A DNA stretch of 64,000 nucleotides from Acidimicrobiales bacterium (GTDB lineage Bacteria; Actinomycetota; Acidimicrobiia; Acidimicrobiales; SZUA-35): NCBI GenBank assembly GCA_965263455.1, contig CBDHHN010000002.1:6938-70937 (forward strand), given 5' to 3'. Below are positions 1 to 8,489 of the stretch, piece by piece. The notes beneath the pieces are model-generated. The model was not told the DNA's origin and made no database searches. It worked only from the letters and a program-made list of their open reading frames with translations. The position numbers and the translations under genes were made by a program. Positions within the stretch are counted from its first letter, which is position 1, and each line of letters opens with the position of its first letter.

Positions 1-190
1 CGAGCAGGGTCTTGATCACCTTGAGCTTCAGAAGATCGCGGTAGGAGTACCGTCGACGCGACCCGGAACCGGTGGCGTCGGCCACCGAGGGCCGGACCAG
101 ATCGGTCCGAGCCCAATAGTCCAGCTGGCGGTACGTGATGCCCACGATCTCCGCACTGCGTTTACCGGAGAAATTCATCTCGACCGACAT
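1..190 (-). CDS. MerR-family transcriptional regulator, N-terminal part (rest lies beyond the left edge)
   Basis: Reverse-strand translation from ATG 190-188 gives MSVEMNFSGKRSAEIVGITYRQLDYWARTDLVRPSVADATGSGSRRRYSYRDLLKLKVIKTLL, a typical MerR HTH. It is absent from the ORF track because it is truncated by the window edge. Confidence 0.85.
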   Translation of the reverse strand, partial: MSVEMNFSGKRSAEIVGITYRQLDYWARTDLVRPSVADATGSGSRRRYSYRDLLKLKVIKTLL

Positions 191-414
191 TGTTACCTGC
201 CTCCTCGAACGGCGTGAGAGGACCACAACACCGCCGAAAACGACCCTGAACCCGACCCGACCACGGTGCCCGCAACACCCGGATCGAATCCACCGGCCGT
301 AATTACGACGGAGAGATTTACCCGAACCCGAAGGGTAGTCACCCCGACACGTTGAGTCAACGATTCGCGCGCAGCGCGCTCCTCTTTGCAATAGCCTCCC
401 AGACGATCAGCGCT

Positions 415-1482
415 ATGACCGACGCCGCCCCCTCCCAGGCCGAACTGGAGCCCGTGCTGGCACGGGCCCTGTCCCCGTCGCCGACCGACACCGAGCCGAT
501 CCCGGTGTCGGATCCCGAGGCCGCCGTTCACCGCTCGTGGTCCATCCGGGCCGTCACCGACGCCAACCGGGGCCGCGGCGTGTTCTCCCGTGTGTATCGG
601 GTGGACCTCGACTGGGCGGAGCACCCTCCGTCGGCCGACCATCCGCCGTCGGTGGTGATCAAACTCCCGACCCGGGGCGCCAACGACGCCGCCGCACTGG
701 CCTCGGGGGCCTACGAGCGGGAGGCCCTGGCCTACCGCCGGCTCCTCCCCCGCTCCCCCGTTCGCCACCCCCGGGTCCACCTGGTCGAGCAGGACCCCGC
801 CGGACGCACCACCCTGGTGCTGGAGGATCTGGCGACGGCGCGGATGGTCGACCAACTCGACGGGCTCGACCTCGACGACGCCGCCTCGACCATGGCCGAA
901 CTGGCCCGGTTCCACCGGGCCTGGCGCCGCCCGGACCTCCTGACCGATCTGCCGGTGCGGCGGGCCACACCGTCGGCCCTCGATCCCGGGGCGTTGGCCC
1001 GGGGCCTCGACCACCTCGACGACCGTTGGGGTGACGTCCTCGAGCCGGCCCCCCGCCGGGCCTTCGACCTGCTCCTGGCTCGCCGCCACGAGCTGGTGAC
1101 GGCCTTCGCCGCCGCGGCCGACCCCACCCTGTGCCACGGGGATCCGAGAGCCGACAACCTGGCCTTCGAACCGGGAGGCCGGGCCATCCTGTTCGACTGG
1201 CAGCAGACGGCGATCCAGGCAGGCGAGGCCGACCTGGCGTGGCTGGCGGCCACCAGCCTCCGCATCGAGGATCGGCGACGGGTCGAGCGATCGCTGGTCG
1301 AGGAGTACGGATCGACCCTCGACCGCTACCGGCTGGGGCTGGTACTCCCCGGCCTGGCCGTGCTCCTCCTGGCCCAGCGCCACGTGGACGATGACCGGTC
1401 GGCCCGATTCGTGGCCACCAGCATCGCCCGGATCGGGGCCGCCCTCGACGATCTGGATGTGGCCCGGGCCGACGGTGGCTGA
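415..1482 (+). CDS. Aminoglycoside/choline-kinase-like phosphotransferase family protein
   Basis: Track ORF 352-1482. It contains VVIKLP (ATP-binding Lys region) and a CHGDPRADNLAF catalytic loop (HGD-x-x-x-N). The track start at 352 is a TTG inside a palindrome, so ATG 415 is preferred; the start remains uncertain. Confidence 0.75.
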   Translation: MTDAAPSQAELEPVLARALSPSPTDTEPIPVSDPEAAVHRSWSIRAVTDANRGRGVFSRVYRVDLDWAEHPPSADHPPSVVIKLPTRGANDAAALASGAYEREALAYRRLLPRSPVRHPRVHLVEQDPAGRTTLVLEDLATARMVDQLDGLDLDDAASTMAELARFHRAWRRPDLLTDLPVRRATPSALDPGALARGLDHLDDRWGDVLEPAPRRAFDLLLARRHELVTAFAAAADPTLCHGDPRADNLAFEPGGRAILFDWQQTAIQAGEADLAWLAATSLRIEDRRRVERSLVEEYGSTLDRYRLGLVLPGLAVLLLAQRHVDDDRSARFVATSIARIGAALDDLDVARADGG

Positions 1483-1503
1483 CGCCGAACGCCCGGCCCG
1501 AGA

Positions 1504-2001
1504 TCAGGGGAGAAAGTCCTCGGGGTTGACCTCGTCGAGGAACTTGCGCAACTCCTGCACCATCTCCTCCTCGTCGCCGTCTCCCTCGGACTCCGACTCC
1601 TCGATCCCGGCCTCGTCGATGAGGTCCTCCTCGGCGAAGATCGGGCTCCCGGTCCGGACGGCCAAGGCCACCGCGTCGGACGGCCGGGCCGACAACGTCG
1701 TGGGTTCGGCACCGTCGCGCGACAGGTGGAGCTCGGCGTAGAAGGTGCCGTCCTTCAGCTCGGTGATCACCACCTGCTGCAACTCGGCGCCCAGGACCTC
1801 GAGCACCTGGGTCAGCAGGTCGTGGGTCATGGGGCGGGCCGTCGTGGTCTGGGACAGGGCCAGATCGATGGCGTGGGCCTCGGGGCCACCGATGTAGATG
1901 GGCACCATGCGCCGCCGCCCCACCGTTTCCCGGAGCAGCAGGATCGGAGTGTTGGTGGGCATCTGCACCCGGACGCCCACGAGTTCCATCTCGACCGTCA
2001 T
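1504..2001 (-). CDS. Bifunctional nuclease (BFN/DUF151) family protein
   Basis: MTVEMELVGVRVQMPTNTPILLLRE...PIYIGGPEAHAI...MTHDLL matches the DUF151/BFN signature. It has an acidic C-terminal tail and sits in the conserved gcvH-garA neighbourhood. Confidence 0.85.
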   Translation of the reverse strand: MTVEMELVGVRVQMPTNTPILLLRETVGRRRMVPIYIGGPEAHAIDLALSQTTTARPMTHDLLTQVLEVLGAELQQVVITELKDGTFYAELHLSRDGAEPTTLSARPSDAVALAVRTGSPIFAEEDLIDEAGIEESESEGDGDEEEMVQELRKFLDEVNPEDFLP

Positions 2002-2007
2002 CGGCCG

Positions 2008-2496
2008 CTACCTCGCCCCGCTGAGGGAGATGAACACCAGCTTGAACTTCCCAACCTGGAGCTCATCACCGTCCGCCAGCCGCTCATTCTCGACTCTCGC
2101 CTGGTTGACATATGTGCCATTGAGGCTACCGGCATCCGACACCTCGAAGGAGTCACCCACCCGCCGCACCTCGGCGTGACGACGGGACACGGTCACGTCG
2201 TCGAGGAAGATGTCGCTGTCGGGATGACGCCCGATGGTGATCTGCTCGCTGTCCAGATGGATCCTGCTGCCCCGCTTGGGGCCCTGACGGACGACGAACA
2301 TCCCCGGGGTGTCGGACGGGACGCCGTCGAGGGAGATGGGATCCGTGGCCACCTGGTCGTGCTCGCCCGACATGACGTCGAGCACGGCGGTCGGGTCGTC
2401 GGTGGGCTGGCGGGTCGTCAGCGGCGCGCCGCACGAACTACAGAACCTGGCCCCCAGGGGGTTCTCGTAGCCGCACGATGGGCAGGGCGACGCCAC
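2008..2496 (-). CDS. FHA-domain protein, GarA/OdhI-like, with an N-terminal zinc ribbon
   Basis: The FHA core ITIGRHPDSDIFLDDVTVSRRHAEV...GSLNGTYVNQ...GDELQVGKFKLVF is nearly identical in pattern to mycobacterial GarA. The N-terminus CPSCGYENPLGARFCSSCG is a CxxC-x11-CxxC ribbon. Confidence 0.9.
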   Translation of the reverse strand: MASPCPSCGYENPLGARFCSSCGAPLTTRQPTDDPTAVLDVMSGEHDQVATDPISLDGVPSDTPGMFVVRQGPKRGSRIHLDSEQITIGRHPDSDIFLDDVTVSRRHAEVRRVGDSFEVSDAGSLNGTYVNQARVENERLADGDELQVGKFKLVFISLSGAR

Positions 2497-2498
2497 GC

Positions 2499-2882
2499 TC
2501 AGGCCTCCGTCAGGTTGATGTATGCCGACGCATCCATGAGGTCGTCGGTGGTGGCTCCAGAGTCTAGCTCAACCACGCAGATCCAGCCTTCCCCATACGG
2601 GTCGGCGTTGAGCCGCTCGGGGTGATCCTCCAGCTCGTCATTGACGCGCACGACCTCCCCCGTGACCGGGGCGTAGAGGTCGGAGATCGACTTGGTCGAT
2701 TCGATCTCGCCCATCCGCTCGTTGGATCCGAAACGCTGTCCGACCTGGGGCAACTCGATGTAGACGATGTCGCCCAGAGCGTCCTGGGCATAGTCGGTGA
2801 TACCGATGCGGACCTGGGTGTCGTTCTCGGTCCTGACCCACTCGTGTTCGGCCGAGTAGCGGAGATCGTCGGGCGCGTTCAT
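2499..2882 (-). CDS. gcvH: Glycine cleavage system H protein
   Basis: 127 aa starting at MNAPDDLRYSAEHEWV, with the lipoyl-Lys motif GEIESTKSISDLYAPVTGEV. ATG is at 2882-2880. The upstream extension of track ORF 2499-3464 is R/P/G-rich shadow. Confidence 0.95.
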   Translation of the reverse strand: MNAPDDLRYSAEHEWVRTENDTQVRIGITDYAQDALGDIVYIELPQVGQRFGSNERMGEIESTKSISDLYAPVTGEVVRVNDELEDHPERLNADPYGEGWICVVELDSGATTDDLMDASAYINLTEA

Positions 2883-2917
2883 GGGCCACACGCTACCGCT
2901 TCCGGCCCCGGCCGCCG

Positions 2918-3622
2918 CTACCGCCCAGGCGAGCTGGGCGAGGGCTCGGGGCCGGGCCTCGACCGCCGTAGCGCCAGGGTGGCCGGCAGGTACTGGAACA
3001 GCGCCGAGTACCAGCTGTAGGCGAGACCCGGGACGGCGAAGACCCAGGCCAACACGGCCAGCAGGCCGGCGTAGGGCAGGGTGCTGGCCGCTCCCAGGAA
3101 CATGGGGAAGGCGAACATGTGGAGGAAGGCGCCGGTCTTGCCCTCCCAGGTGACGACGAGTCGCTCCCCTCCGGCCCCGCTCACCACCAAGGCCATGATC
3201 GAGACGACAGCCTCCCGGGCCAGGACGGCGACGGCCACCACCAGGGGCACCGCCCCGTCGATGATGAGGCTGGGGACGGCGACGAAGAACAGCAGGCGGT
3301 CGACCACGGGGTCGAACAGGGCCCCGAACTCCGACGCCTGGTCCAGGCGACGGGCCAACCAACCGTCGATCCAGTCGGTCGCCCCCAGGGCGGCCAGCAA
3401 CCAGGCGGCCGACGCCCGATCGTCGCGGCCGAACAGGAGCCACAGGAACACCGGGATGCAGCACAGCCGGGCCAGGGTGAACAGGTTGGGCCAGGTCAGG
3501 ATCTCGTCCCGGGAGAACCGCAGCCGCAAGGGCCGGGCCCGCGCCTCGACCTCCGGCCCGGCGGTGGAGGCATCGTGGTCGCCCCGAGGATCCCCACCGG
3601 AGCGGGGTTCGCGCTCAGCCAC
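2918..3622 (-). CDS. CDP-alcohol phosphatidyltransferase (PgsA/cardiolipin-synthase-like)
   Basis: Motif DWIDGWLARRLDQASEFGALFDPVVDRL fits D-x2-DG-x2-AR...G-x3-D-x3-D. The protein has multiple TM helices. The proposed start, GTG 3622-3620, overlaps the upstream TGA (GTGGCTGA). The track ORF extends to 3739, but that part reads (PM)10 through a repeat used by the upstream gene. Confidence 0.8.
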   Translation of the reverse strand: MAEREPRSGGDPRGDHDASTAGPEVEARARPLRLRFSRDEILTWPNLFTLARLCCIPVFLWLLFGRDDRASAAWLLAALGATDWIDGWLARRLDQASEFGALFDPVVDRLLFFVAVPSLIIDGAVPLVVAVAVLAREAVVSIMALVVSGAGGERLVVTWEGKTGAFLHMFAFPMFLGAASTLPYAGLLAVLAWVFAVPGLAYSWYSALFQYLPATLALRRSRPGPEPSPSSPGR

Positions 3623-5237
3623 CGGTGGCCCCGTCCCCGCCGTCCTCGGGCGAGGCGCCGTCCCCGGTGACCGGACCGTCGGCATCGGCATCGGCATCGG
3701 CATCGGCATCGGCATCGGCATCGGCATCGGCATCGGCATCGGCCCGGGAGTAGAGCGTCACCCCGTCGCGGTCGTGCAGGATGCGGAAGCCGAGCGCCGC
3801 CATGTTCTGGTCGAAATCGGCCCGGGCCCCCTCCGATCGGGGCGGCAACTGGTCGTCGACCAGGAGCACGGCTCGGGTGAAATCAGGGAAGCCGACCTGG
3901 GCCGCCGTCGGCTCCCGATCCTGGTCGAGGGGGAAGACCCACTCCCGGTTCGAGAGCACGGTCAGCGCCGCCGGCGAGGCCCGGACCGGGGTGTCGTCGC
4001 CGATGAGGGCCACGGCGTCGAGCACCGAGCGATCGGTCGGGGTCCGGGTGGCCCAGTCCCACGGGCGCTCGTAGGGCGAGATGGGCGACACGGCCACGTA
4101 GGACAACACGGCGGCGGCGGCCAGGGAGTACAGGAGCCGGACGTCGAGGAAGACCCGGTCGACACCCATGTTGCCCAGCCGGTTGAGGGCGAAGGTGGCG
4201 GCGATGAAGGAGAAGGCCAACAGCATGGCCGAGCGCTCGGCGAAGGCCGACGGCGAGATGGAGGTGGTCTCGGCCACCAGGTACAGGGCTCCCAGGGGCA
4301 GGGCCGGGGCCAGATGACGCAGCGACAGCAGGGGCAGGAACAGCACCGGCGACAACAACCCGACCACCAGCGACACGTTGCGGCGGGCCACCAGGTCCTG
4401 CACCAGTTGGAGGGGGTCGGCAACGGGGGCCAGCACCATCTCCCCGAAGAACGATCCGTCGGCCCCGAACCCGGAGGCCACGCCGGTCAGCCCGACCAGG
4501 GGCTCGACCACCATGAGCAGGCCCACCGACCACAGCAACCCCACCCCCAGGGTCCAGATCCCCATCGTCCGCTCCCGACTCCCGAGGACGACGAAACCCC
4601 AGAGGGCGACGGCCAGACCCAGGTCGGCCCGGCAGGCCAGCGCGACGGCGATCACCAACCAGTAGGGAACCCATTGCTTGACCGCGCCGAAGTAGGCCAT
4701 GGCGATGAGGGCGGGCACGGCCAGCGCCACCGGATGGAAGTCCTCGACCGCCAGCCGGTGGGTGGCGGGATGGACGGCATAGGCCAGGATGAGGGCGGCG
4801 GCCGCCCCCACCCGGAGATTGGCCACCCGCCGGGCCAGCCACCACAACGGAAGCACGGCGGCGGCCAACGCCCCGGCCTGGACCACGACCAGCAGTTCGG
4901 CCGTGGGGGCCACCAGGGCCAGGGCCGCCAACGGGTAGAGGATGATCGACCAGTTCAGCTCCAGCAGGTGGACCTCGGTGCCGAACAGCGAGGCCTGGGG
5001 CATGGTGCCCTCGCTCAGCAGCCACAGAGACTGGCTGTAGGCGGCGAGATCGAGACCCGTGTCGAGGGCCGTGATGCGGGCCAGGGCCGAGCGGATCAGG
5101 ACCGCGGCCAGCACCAGGGTGACGGCCACCGGAATCCACCGGTCACCGGCCCCGGCCTCGAGCCGGGCCTGTTGGCGGATGATCTGACGCCGGATCCTGC
5201 GCCGGACGGGGAGGCTGGTCGCCGCCGCCTCACTCAC
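3615..5237 (-). CDS. Polytopic membrane protein, DUF2079-like (GT-C-like)
   Basis: 540 aa with many TM helices. The N-terminal pattern LDLAAYSQSLWLLSEG...HLLELNWSIILYPLAAL resembles DUF2079. The C-terminal tail contains (AD)11. The GTG start overlaps the upstream stop (GTGAGTGA). Confidence 0.7.
   Translation of the reverse strand: MSEAAATSLPVRRRIRRQIIRQQARLEAGAGDRWIPVAVTLVLAAVLIRSALARITALDTGLDLAAYSQSLWLLSEGTMPQASLFGTEVHLLELNWSIILYPLAALALVAPTAELLVVVQAGALAAAVLPLWWLARRVANLRVGAAAALILAYAVHPATHRLAVEDFHPVALAVPALIAMAYFGAVKQWVPYWLVIAVALACRADLGLAVALWGFVVLGSRERTMGIWTLGVGLLWSVGLLMVVEPLVGLTGVASGFGADGSFFGEMVLAPVADPLQLVQDLVARRNVSLVVGLLSPVLFLPLLSLRHLAPALPLGALYLVAETTSISPSAFAERSAMLLAFSFIAATFALNRLGNMGVDRVFLDVRLLYSLAAAAVLSYVAVSPISPYERPWDWATRTPTDRSVLDAVALIGDDTPVRASPAALTVLSNREWVFPLDQDREPTAAQVGFPDFTRAVLLVDDQLPPRSEGARADFDQNMAALGFRILHDRDGVTLYSRADADADADADADADADADADADGPVTGDGASPEDGGDGATGG
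3681..3740. repeat. Perfect hexanucleotide microsatellite (GGCATC)x10
   Basis: Direct reading of 3681-3740. On the minus strand it encodes (Asp-Ala)n in the tail of the DUF2079 protein, and (Pro-Met)n in the frame of the downstream gene. Confidence 0.98.
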
Positions 5238-5961
5238 CGTCGGCCGCCAACGGCTCGGGATCGATCTCGAGCAGTTCGGGTCCGTTGTTGCGGACGTTGT
5301 TGACCCGCGTCGTCACCGGCTGGAGGGTCAGGATCTCGTCGGGGGCGGGGACGAGCAGGCCGGCCAGTTCCTCGATCTCGTCGGTGTCGGCCAGCCAGCG
5401 GTCCCAATCGGCCGGCGCCAGGAGCACGGGCATGCGGTCGTGGACGGGGGCCATGGTGCCGTTGGCCGCCGTGGTGAGGATGGTGCAGGTCTCCAGGGTC
5501 TGGCCCGGATCCAGCTCGTCGTCGGAGTCCTCGGGCGGCGACCAGCGCTCCCACAGTCCGGCGAAGACCAGGGGCTCGCCGTCGCGATGGTGGATGAAGT
5601 ACGGCTGCTTGCGGGGCTTCTTGGGGTCGGGTCCCGGGATCTTGGCCCACTCGTAGAACCCGTCGGCCGGGATGAGGCAGCGCCGCTTCCGCACCGCCCG
5701 CCGGAAGGCCGGTTTGTCGAGGACGGTCTCGGCCCTGGCGTTGATCATGCGAGACCCGACCTTGCGGTCCTTGGCCCAGAACGGGACCAGACCCCAGCGG
5801 AGCTCGTCCAGCCGCCGGTGGCCATCGGCGGCCCGAACGGCGTAGACGGTGGTGGTGGGGGCCACGTTGTAGTTGGGTTCCAGGGCATGCGTCGGCGGCT
5901 CGGCCTCGAAGTACCGGGCCAACTCGTCGGGCGGCGAAGCCGACACGAACCGTCCACACAT
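5230..5961 (-). CDS. SOS-response-associated peptidase (SRAP; YedK/HMCES family)
   Basis: Begins MCGRF (catalytic Cys2). Also has NYNVAPT, RWGLVPFWAKD, INARAET and PADGFYEW. Confidence 0.93.
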   Translation of the reverse strand: MCGRFVSASPPDELARYFEAEPPTHALEPNYNVAPTTTVYAVRAADGHRRLDELRWGLVPFWAKDRKVGSRMINARAETVLDKPAFRRAVRKRRCLIPADGFYEWAKIPGPDPKKPRKQPYFIHHRDGEPLVFAGLWERWSPPEDSDDELDPGQTLETCTILTTAANGTMAPVHDRMPVLLAPADWDRWLADTDEIEELAGLLVPAPDEILTLQPVTTRVNNVRNNGPELLEIDPEPLAADGE

Positions 5962-6055
5962 CTCCCCGACGCTAGTCGCCCGGTCCCGGCCCGCCGCGCC
6001 GACCGCGCCGGATTCCCCCCGCCGGGCCGGGATCGTCGCCCCGGCACCGCCCCCT

Positions 6056-7612
6056 TCAGCTCGTCGGGTAGAAGCGTGGGCGCCGGGGCAACAGGTGGCG
6101 GCGACGGTCGAGGATGCGGCCGATGCGGAGATCGCCGTCGGCCTGGGCCTGGTTCAACCGCCGCCCGGCATCGAACTCCGAGAGGCGCCGCTGGTCGACC
6201 TCCTGCTCGAGCCCTGCCAGCTGCTCCGGGGTGACCGGAGACGGGCCCCCGAGCCGAGGCCGAATGTCGACGACGAGCACGGCCGCCAGCAGCGACGCCA
6301 ACCCGATCAGCCCCAGCACCGACCAGACGCGGAACAGCGTCGGCCCCGACGCCCCGTCGAGGCCGACCATCGAGGCCAGCCATGGTCCGAGCCGGACACC
6401 GATGCCGGGGGCGACCACGGCCACGGCCACCATGACGAGCGCCAGCAACAGCACCGGAGCCACGGCCCTCAGATCGAGGCGCCGTTCGACGACGCTGCGG
6501 GCCCGAGCCAGCTCCCGCTCCTTGGCCGCCCGGTCCCGCTCCCGGGCGATGACGGCCTCCCGGGCCCGTTGCTGATCGCGACGGCACCGCTCCAGCCGCC
6601 GGCGCAGATCGACCTCCAGCGCGGCCAGGCTGAAGCGGCGCGATCCGGGGACGGGTGGCGACTCGTCGTCGTCCCAGCCCGGCCCGTCGTCCACCGAACG
6701 CAGCCGGCGTTGGAGGACGTCGAGCGAGGCCAACTCCTCGCCCAGGGTGTCGGCCCGCTCGACCCGGGCCGGGGTGGCCCGGAGGCCGAGCAGGGCCACA
6801 TCGACATCGAGGAGGGGATCGGCTTCCAGCGCACGTCGCAGATGGCGGTCGGGCTCGTCGGAGAGCAGGGCCAGGTGGAGTGACAACGCAGGGCACGGCA
6901 GGTCGAGTCGGGCCTCGGTCTCGACCAGGATCTCGTGGGCCCGGTCCTCCCAACCGGAATGGGCCAGGACCAGGGCGGCCGTCATCTCGGCGTAGACGGC
7001 GGCGGCGGGATCGGCCGACCGGAGGTACCGGGCGGCCCGGCGGAGGTGGCGGGAACCCCGGTCGGCGTCGATATCGGCGGCCGCCACTCCGGCCCCGAAC
7101 CAGAAGAACGGCTCGGTCGGGATCTGGTCGGCGGCCTGAAGGAACAGTCGCTCGGCCTCCACGTACCACCCGTTGTGGTGGGCCTGGCACGCCAGTTCGG
7201 CTCGCTCCCGCGCCGCGGCGGCCCCAGGCACCGTGAGCAACGCTTCGGCCCGGACGACGGTGTCGGTCAGGGTCGCCACCGCGGCGTGGACGGCGGCCGC
7301 CGCCGACCCGGGATGGCTCGGTGGCAGGGCGTCGGGCTCGGGCGGCCGGGGCCTCGCCGAGGGATCCCGGGGGCTGAGGGTCAGGGGCTGGTGGAGGATG
7401 GCGTCGAGGGCCACCCCGAGGCGGGAGGCCACGGCGCTGGTGTCGGCGACGTCGCGCGAGACCGCCCGATCGACCGTCCAGGCCAGGGCGCTCGACGACG
7501 CCGGCGGCGGGAACAGGTCGGCCACGAGCGCGCCCAACGCCCGGACCGCGTCCGGGTACGACGCCAACAGCGCCGTCTCGACCGTCCCTCTGGCCTCAGG
7601 TTCCACAGTCAT
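6056..7612 (-). CDS. Hypothetical membrane-anchored protein (helical N-terminal half, Arg/Glu-rich coiled coil, two C-terminal TM helices)
   Basis: Normal amino-acid composition and high GC3 from ATG 7612-7610 (MTVEPEARGTVETALL...). The upstream part of track ORF 6056-8263 is shadow of the nitroreductase gene. I recognise no family. Confidence 0.6.
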   Translation of the reverse strand: MTVEPEARGTVETALLASYPDAVRALGALVADLFPPPASSSALAWTVDRAVSRDVADTSAVASRLGVALDAILHQPLTLSPRDPSARPRPPEPDALPPSHPGSAAAAVHAAVATLTDTVVRAEALLTVPGAAAARERAELACQAHHNGWYVEAERLFLQAADQIPTEPFFWFGAGVAAADIDADRGSRHLRRAARYLRSADPAAAVYAEMTAALVLAHSGWEDRAHEILVETEARLDLPCPALSLHLALLSDEPDRHLRRALEADPLLDVDVALLGLRATPARVERADTLGEELASLDVLQRRLRSVDDGPGWDDDESPPVPGSRRFSLAALEVDLRRRLERCRRDQQRAREAVIARERDRAAKERELARARSVVERRLDLRAVAPVLLLALVMVAVAVVAPGIGVRLGPWLASMVGLDGASGPTLFRVWSVLGLIGLASLLAAVLVVDIRPRLGGPSPVTPEQLAGLEQEVDQRRLSEFDAGRRLNQAQADGDLRIGRILDRRRHLLPRRPRFYPTS

Positions 7613-7725
7613 GATCGGTGCCCGTACCGGGCCGCCACCCTGATGGCGGGCGGCGACACCAGGTCCAGCCAACTCCCCCGCCGACCGATCGTCAACCGCG
7701 GGCCCCGGGACCGGGGCCGAGCCGT

Positions 7726-8367
7726 CTAGCGGATCGGGTTCTTGTAGGTGTCGAGGTAGGTGATCTCCTCGACCGGGGGTCGGGAGGCCGGCTTGAAGTC
7801 GGTGCCCACGGTGTAGCCCACCGGCAGCAGTCCGGCCTGGGTCATGTGGGGTGGGATCCCGAGCAGCTCGGCCGCCTCGGCCTCCAGGCCCAGGTGGAGG
7901 GTGGTGTAGCAGCTGCCGAGGCCACGGCTGCGCAGGGCCAGCTGGAAGCTCCACATGGCCGGGATGATCGACCCGAACAGACCGGCCCCGCCGTTGGGGC
8001 TCTCGTCGGCCCGGCCGACGATCATGGGGATCACCATGACCGGGACCCGGTGGAGGTTCTCGGCCAGGAAGAGGGCGGAGTTCATCACCCGTCCGGTCTG
8101 GGACCCCGCCTCCACGGTTCCCGCCGCCTCCTTGAGGTAGGCACCGCCGGCCCGGTTGTAGAGCTCGGCCAGGCCCGCCTTCTTCTCGGCGTCGCGCACC
8201 ACCAGCCAACGCCAACCCTGGCGGTTCGAGCCCGTCGGGGCCTGGACCGCCAACTGCAGGCACTCCAACAGCACGTCGTCGGGCACCTCCCGCTCGAAGT
8301 CCAGCCGCTTGCGCACGGCCCGCGTCGTCGAGAGAAGGGCGTCCACCTGTCCGAGGTCGAATTCCAT
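7726..8367 (-). CDS. Nitroreductase family protein
   Basis: MEFDLGQVDALLSTTRAVRKRLDFEREVPDDVLLECLQLAVQAPTGSNRQGWRWLVV is a typical actinobacterial nitroreductase N-terminus. ATG is at 8367-8365. Confidence 0.88.
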   Translation of the reverse strand: MEFDLGQVDALLSTTRAVRKRLDFEREVPDDVLLECLQLAVQAPTGSNRQGWRWLVVRDAEKKAGLAELYNRAGGAYLKEAAGTVEAGSQTGRVMNSALFLAENLHRVPVMVIPMIVGRADESPNGGAGLFGSIIPAMWSFQLALRSRGLGSCYTTLHLGLEAEAAELLGIPPHMTQAGLLPVGYTVGTDFKPASRPPVEEITYLDTYKNPIR

Positions 8368-8489
8368 GGCGACACTGTGGTCGCTGACCGCCCGGGGCGC
8401 CAGCCCGATCCCGCCGGTCGGGGCCCGGGCCACCGACGACCGGCGGCGGGGTACGGCTGCCGGTCGCCGACCTGTGTCACACTTCCCGC

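Noticed and set aside
3623-3739. (Pro-Met)x10 N-terminal extension of the CDP-alcohol phosphatidyltransferase, as drawn in the ORF track
   Set aside because: The repeat is already used in frame as the (Ala-Asp)n tail of the upstream membrane protein. The extension is P/R/G-rich. A GTG overlapping the upstream stop gives a normal-length enzyme of about 234 aa.
3681-3740. Possible CRISPR array or minisatellite
   Set aside because: The unit is only 6 nt and there are no spacers. It is a coding microsatellite, not a CRISPR array.
3081-5303. 740-aa plus-strand ORF, and other long alternative-frame ORFs (8085-9596 minus, 8939-11065 plus, 20540-22543 plus, 58864-60672 plus, 61764-63410 plus, 61807-63483 minus, 5745-7190 minus)
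   Set aside because: All are R/P/G-dominated with low-complexity runs. All overlap genes that carry strong family motifs in another frame.
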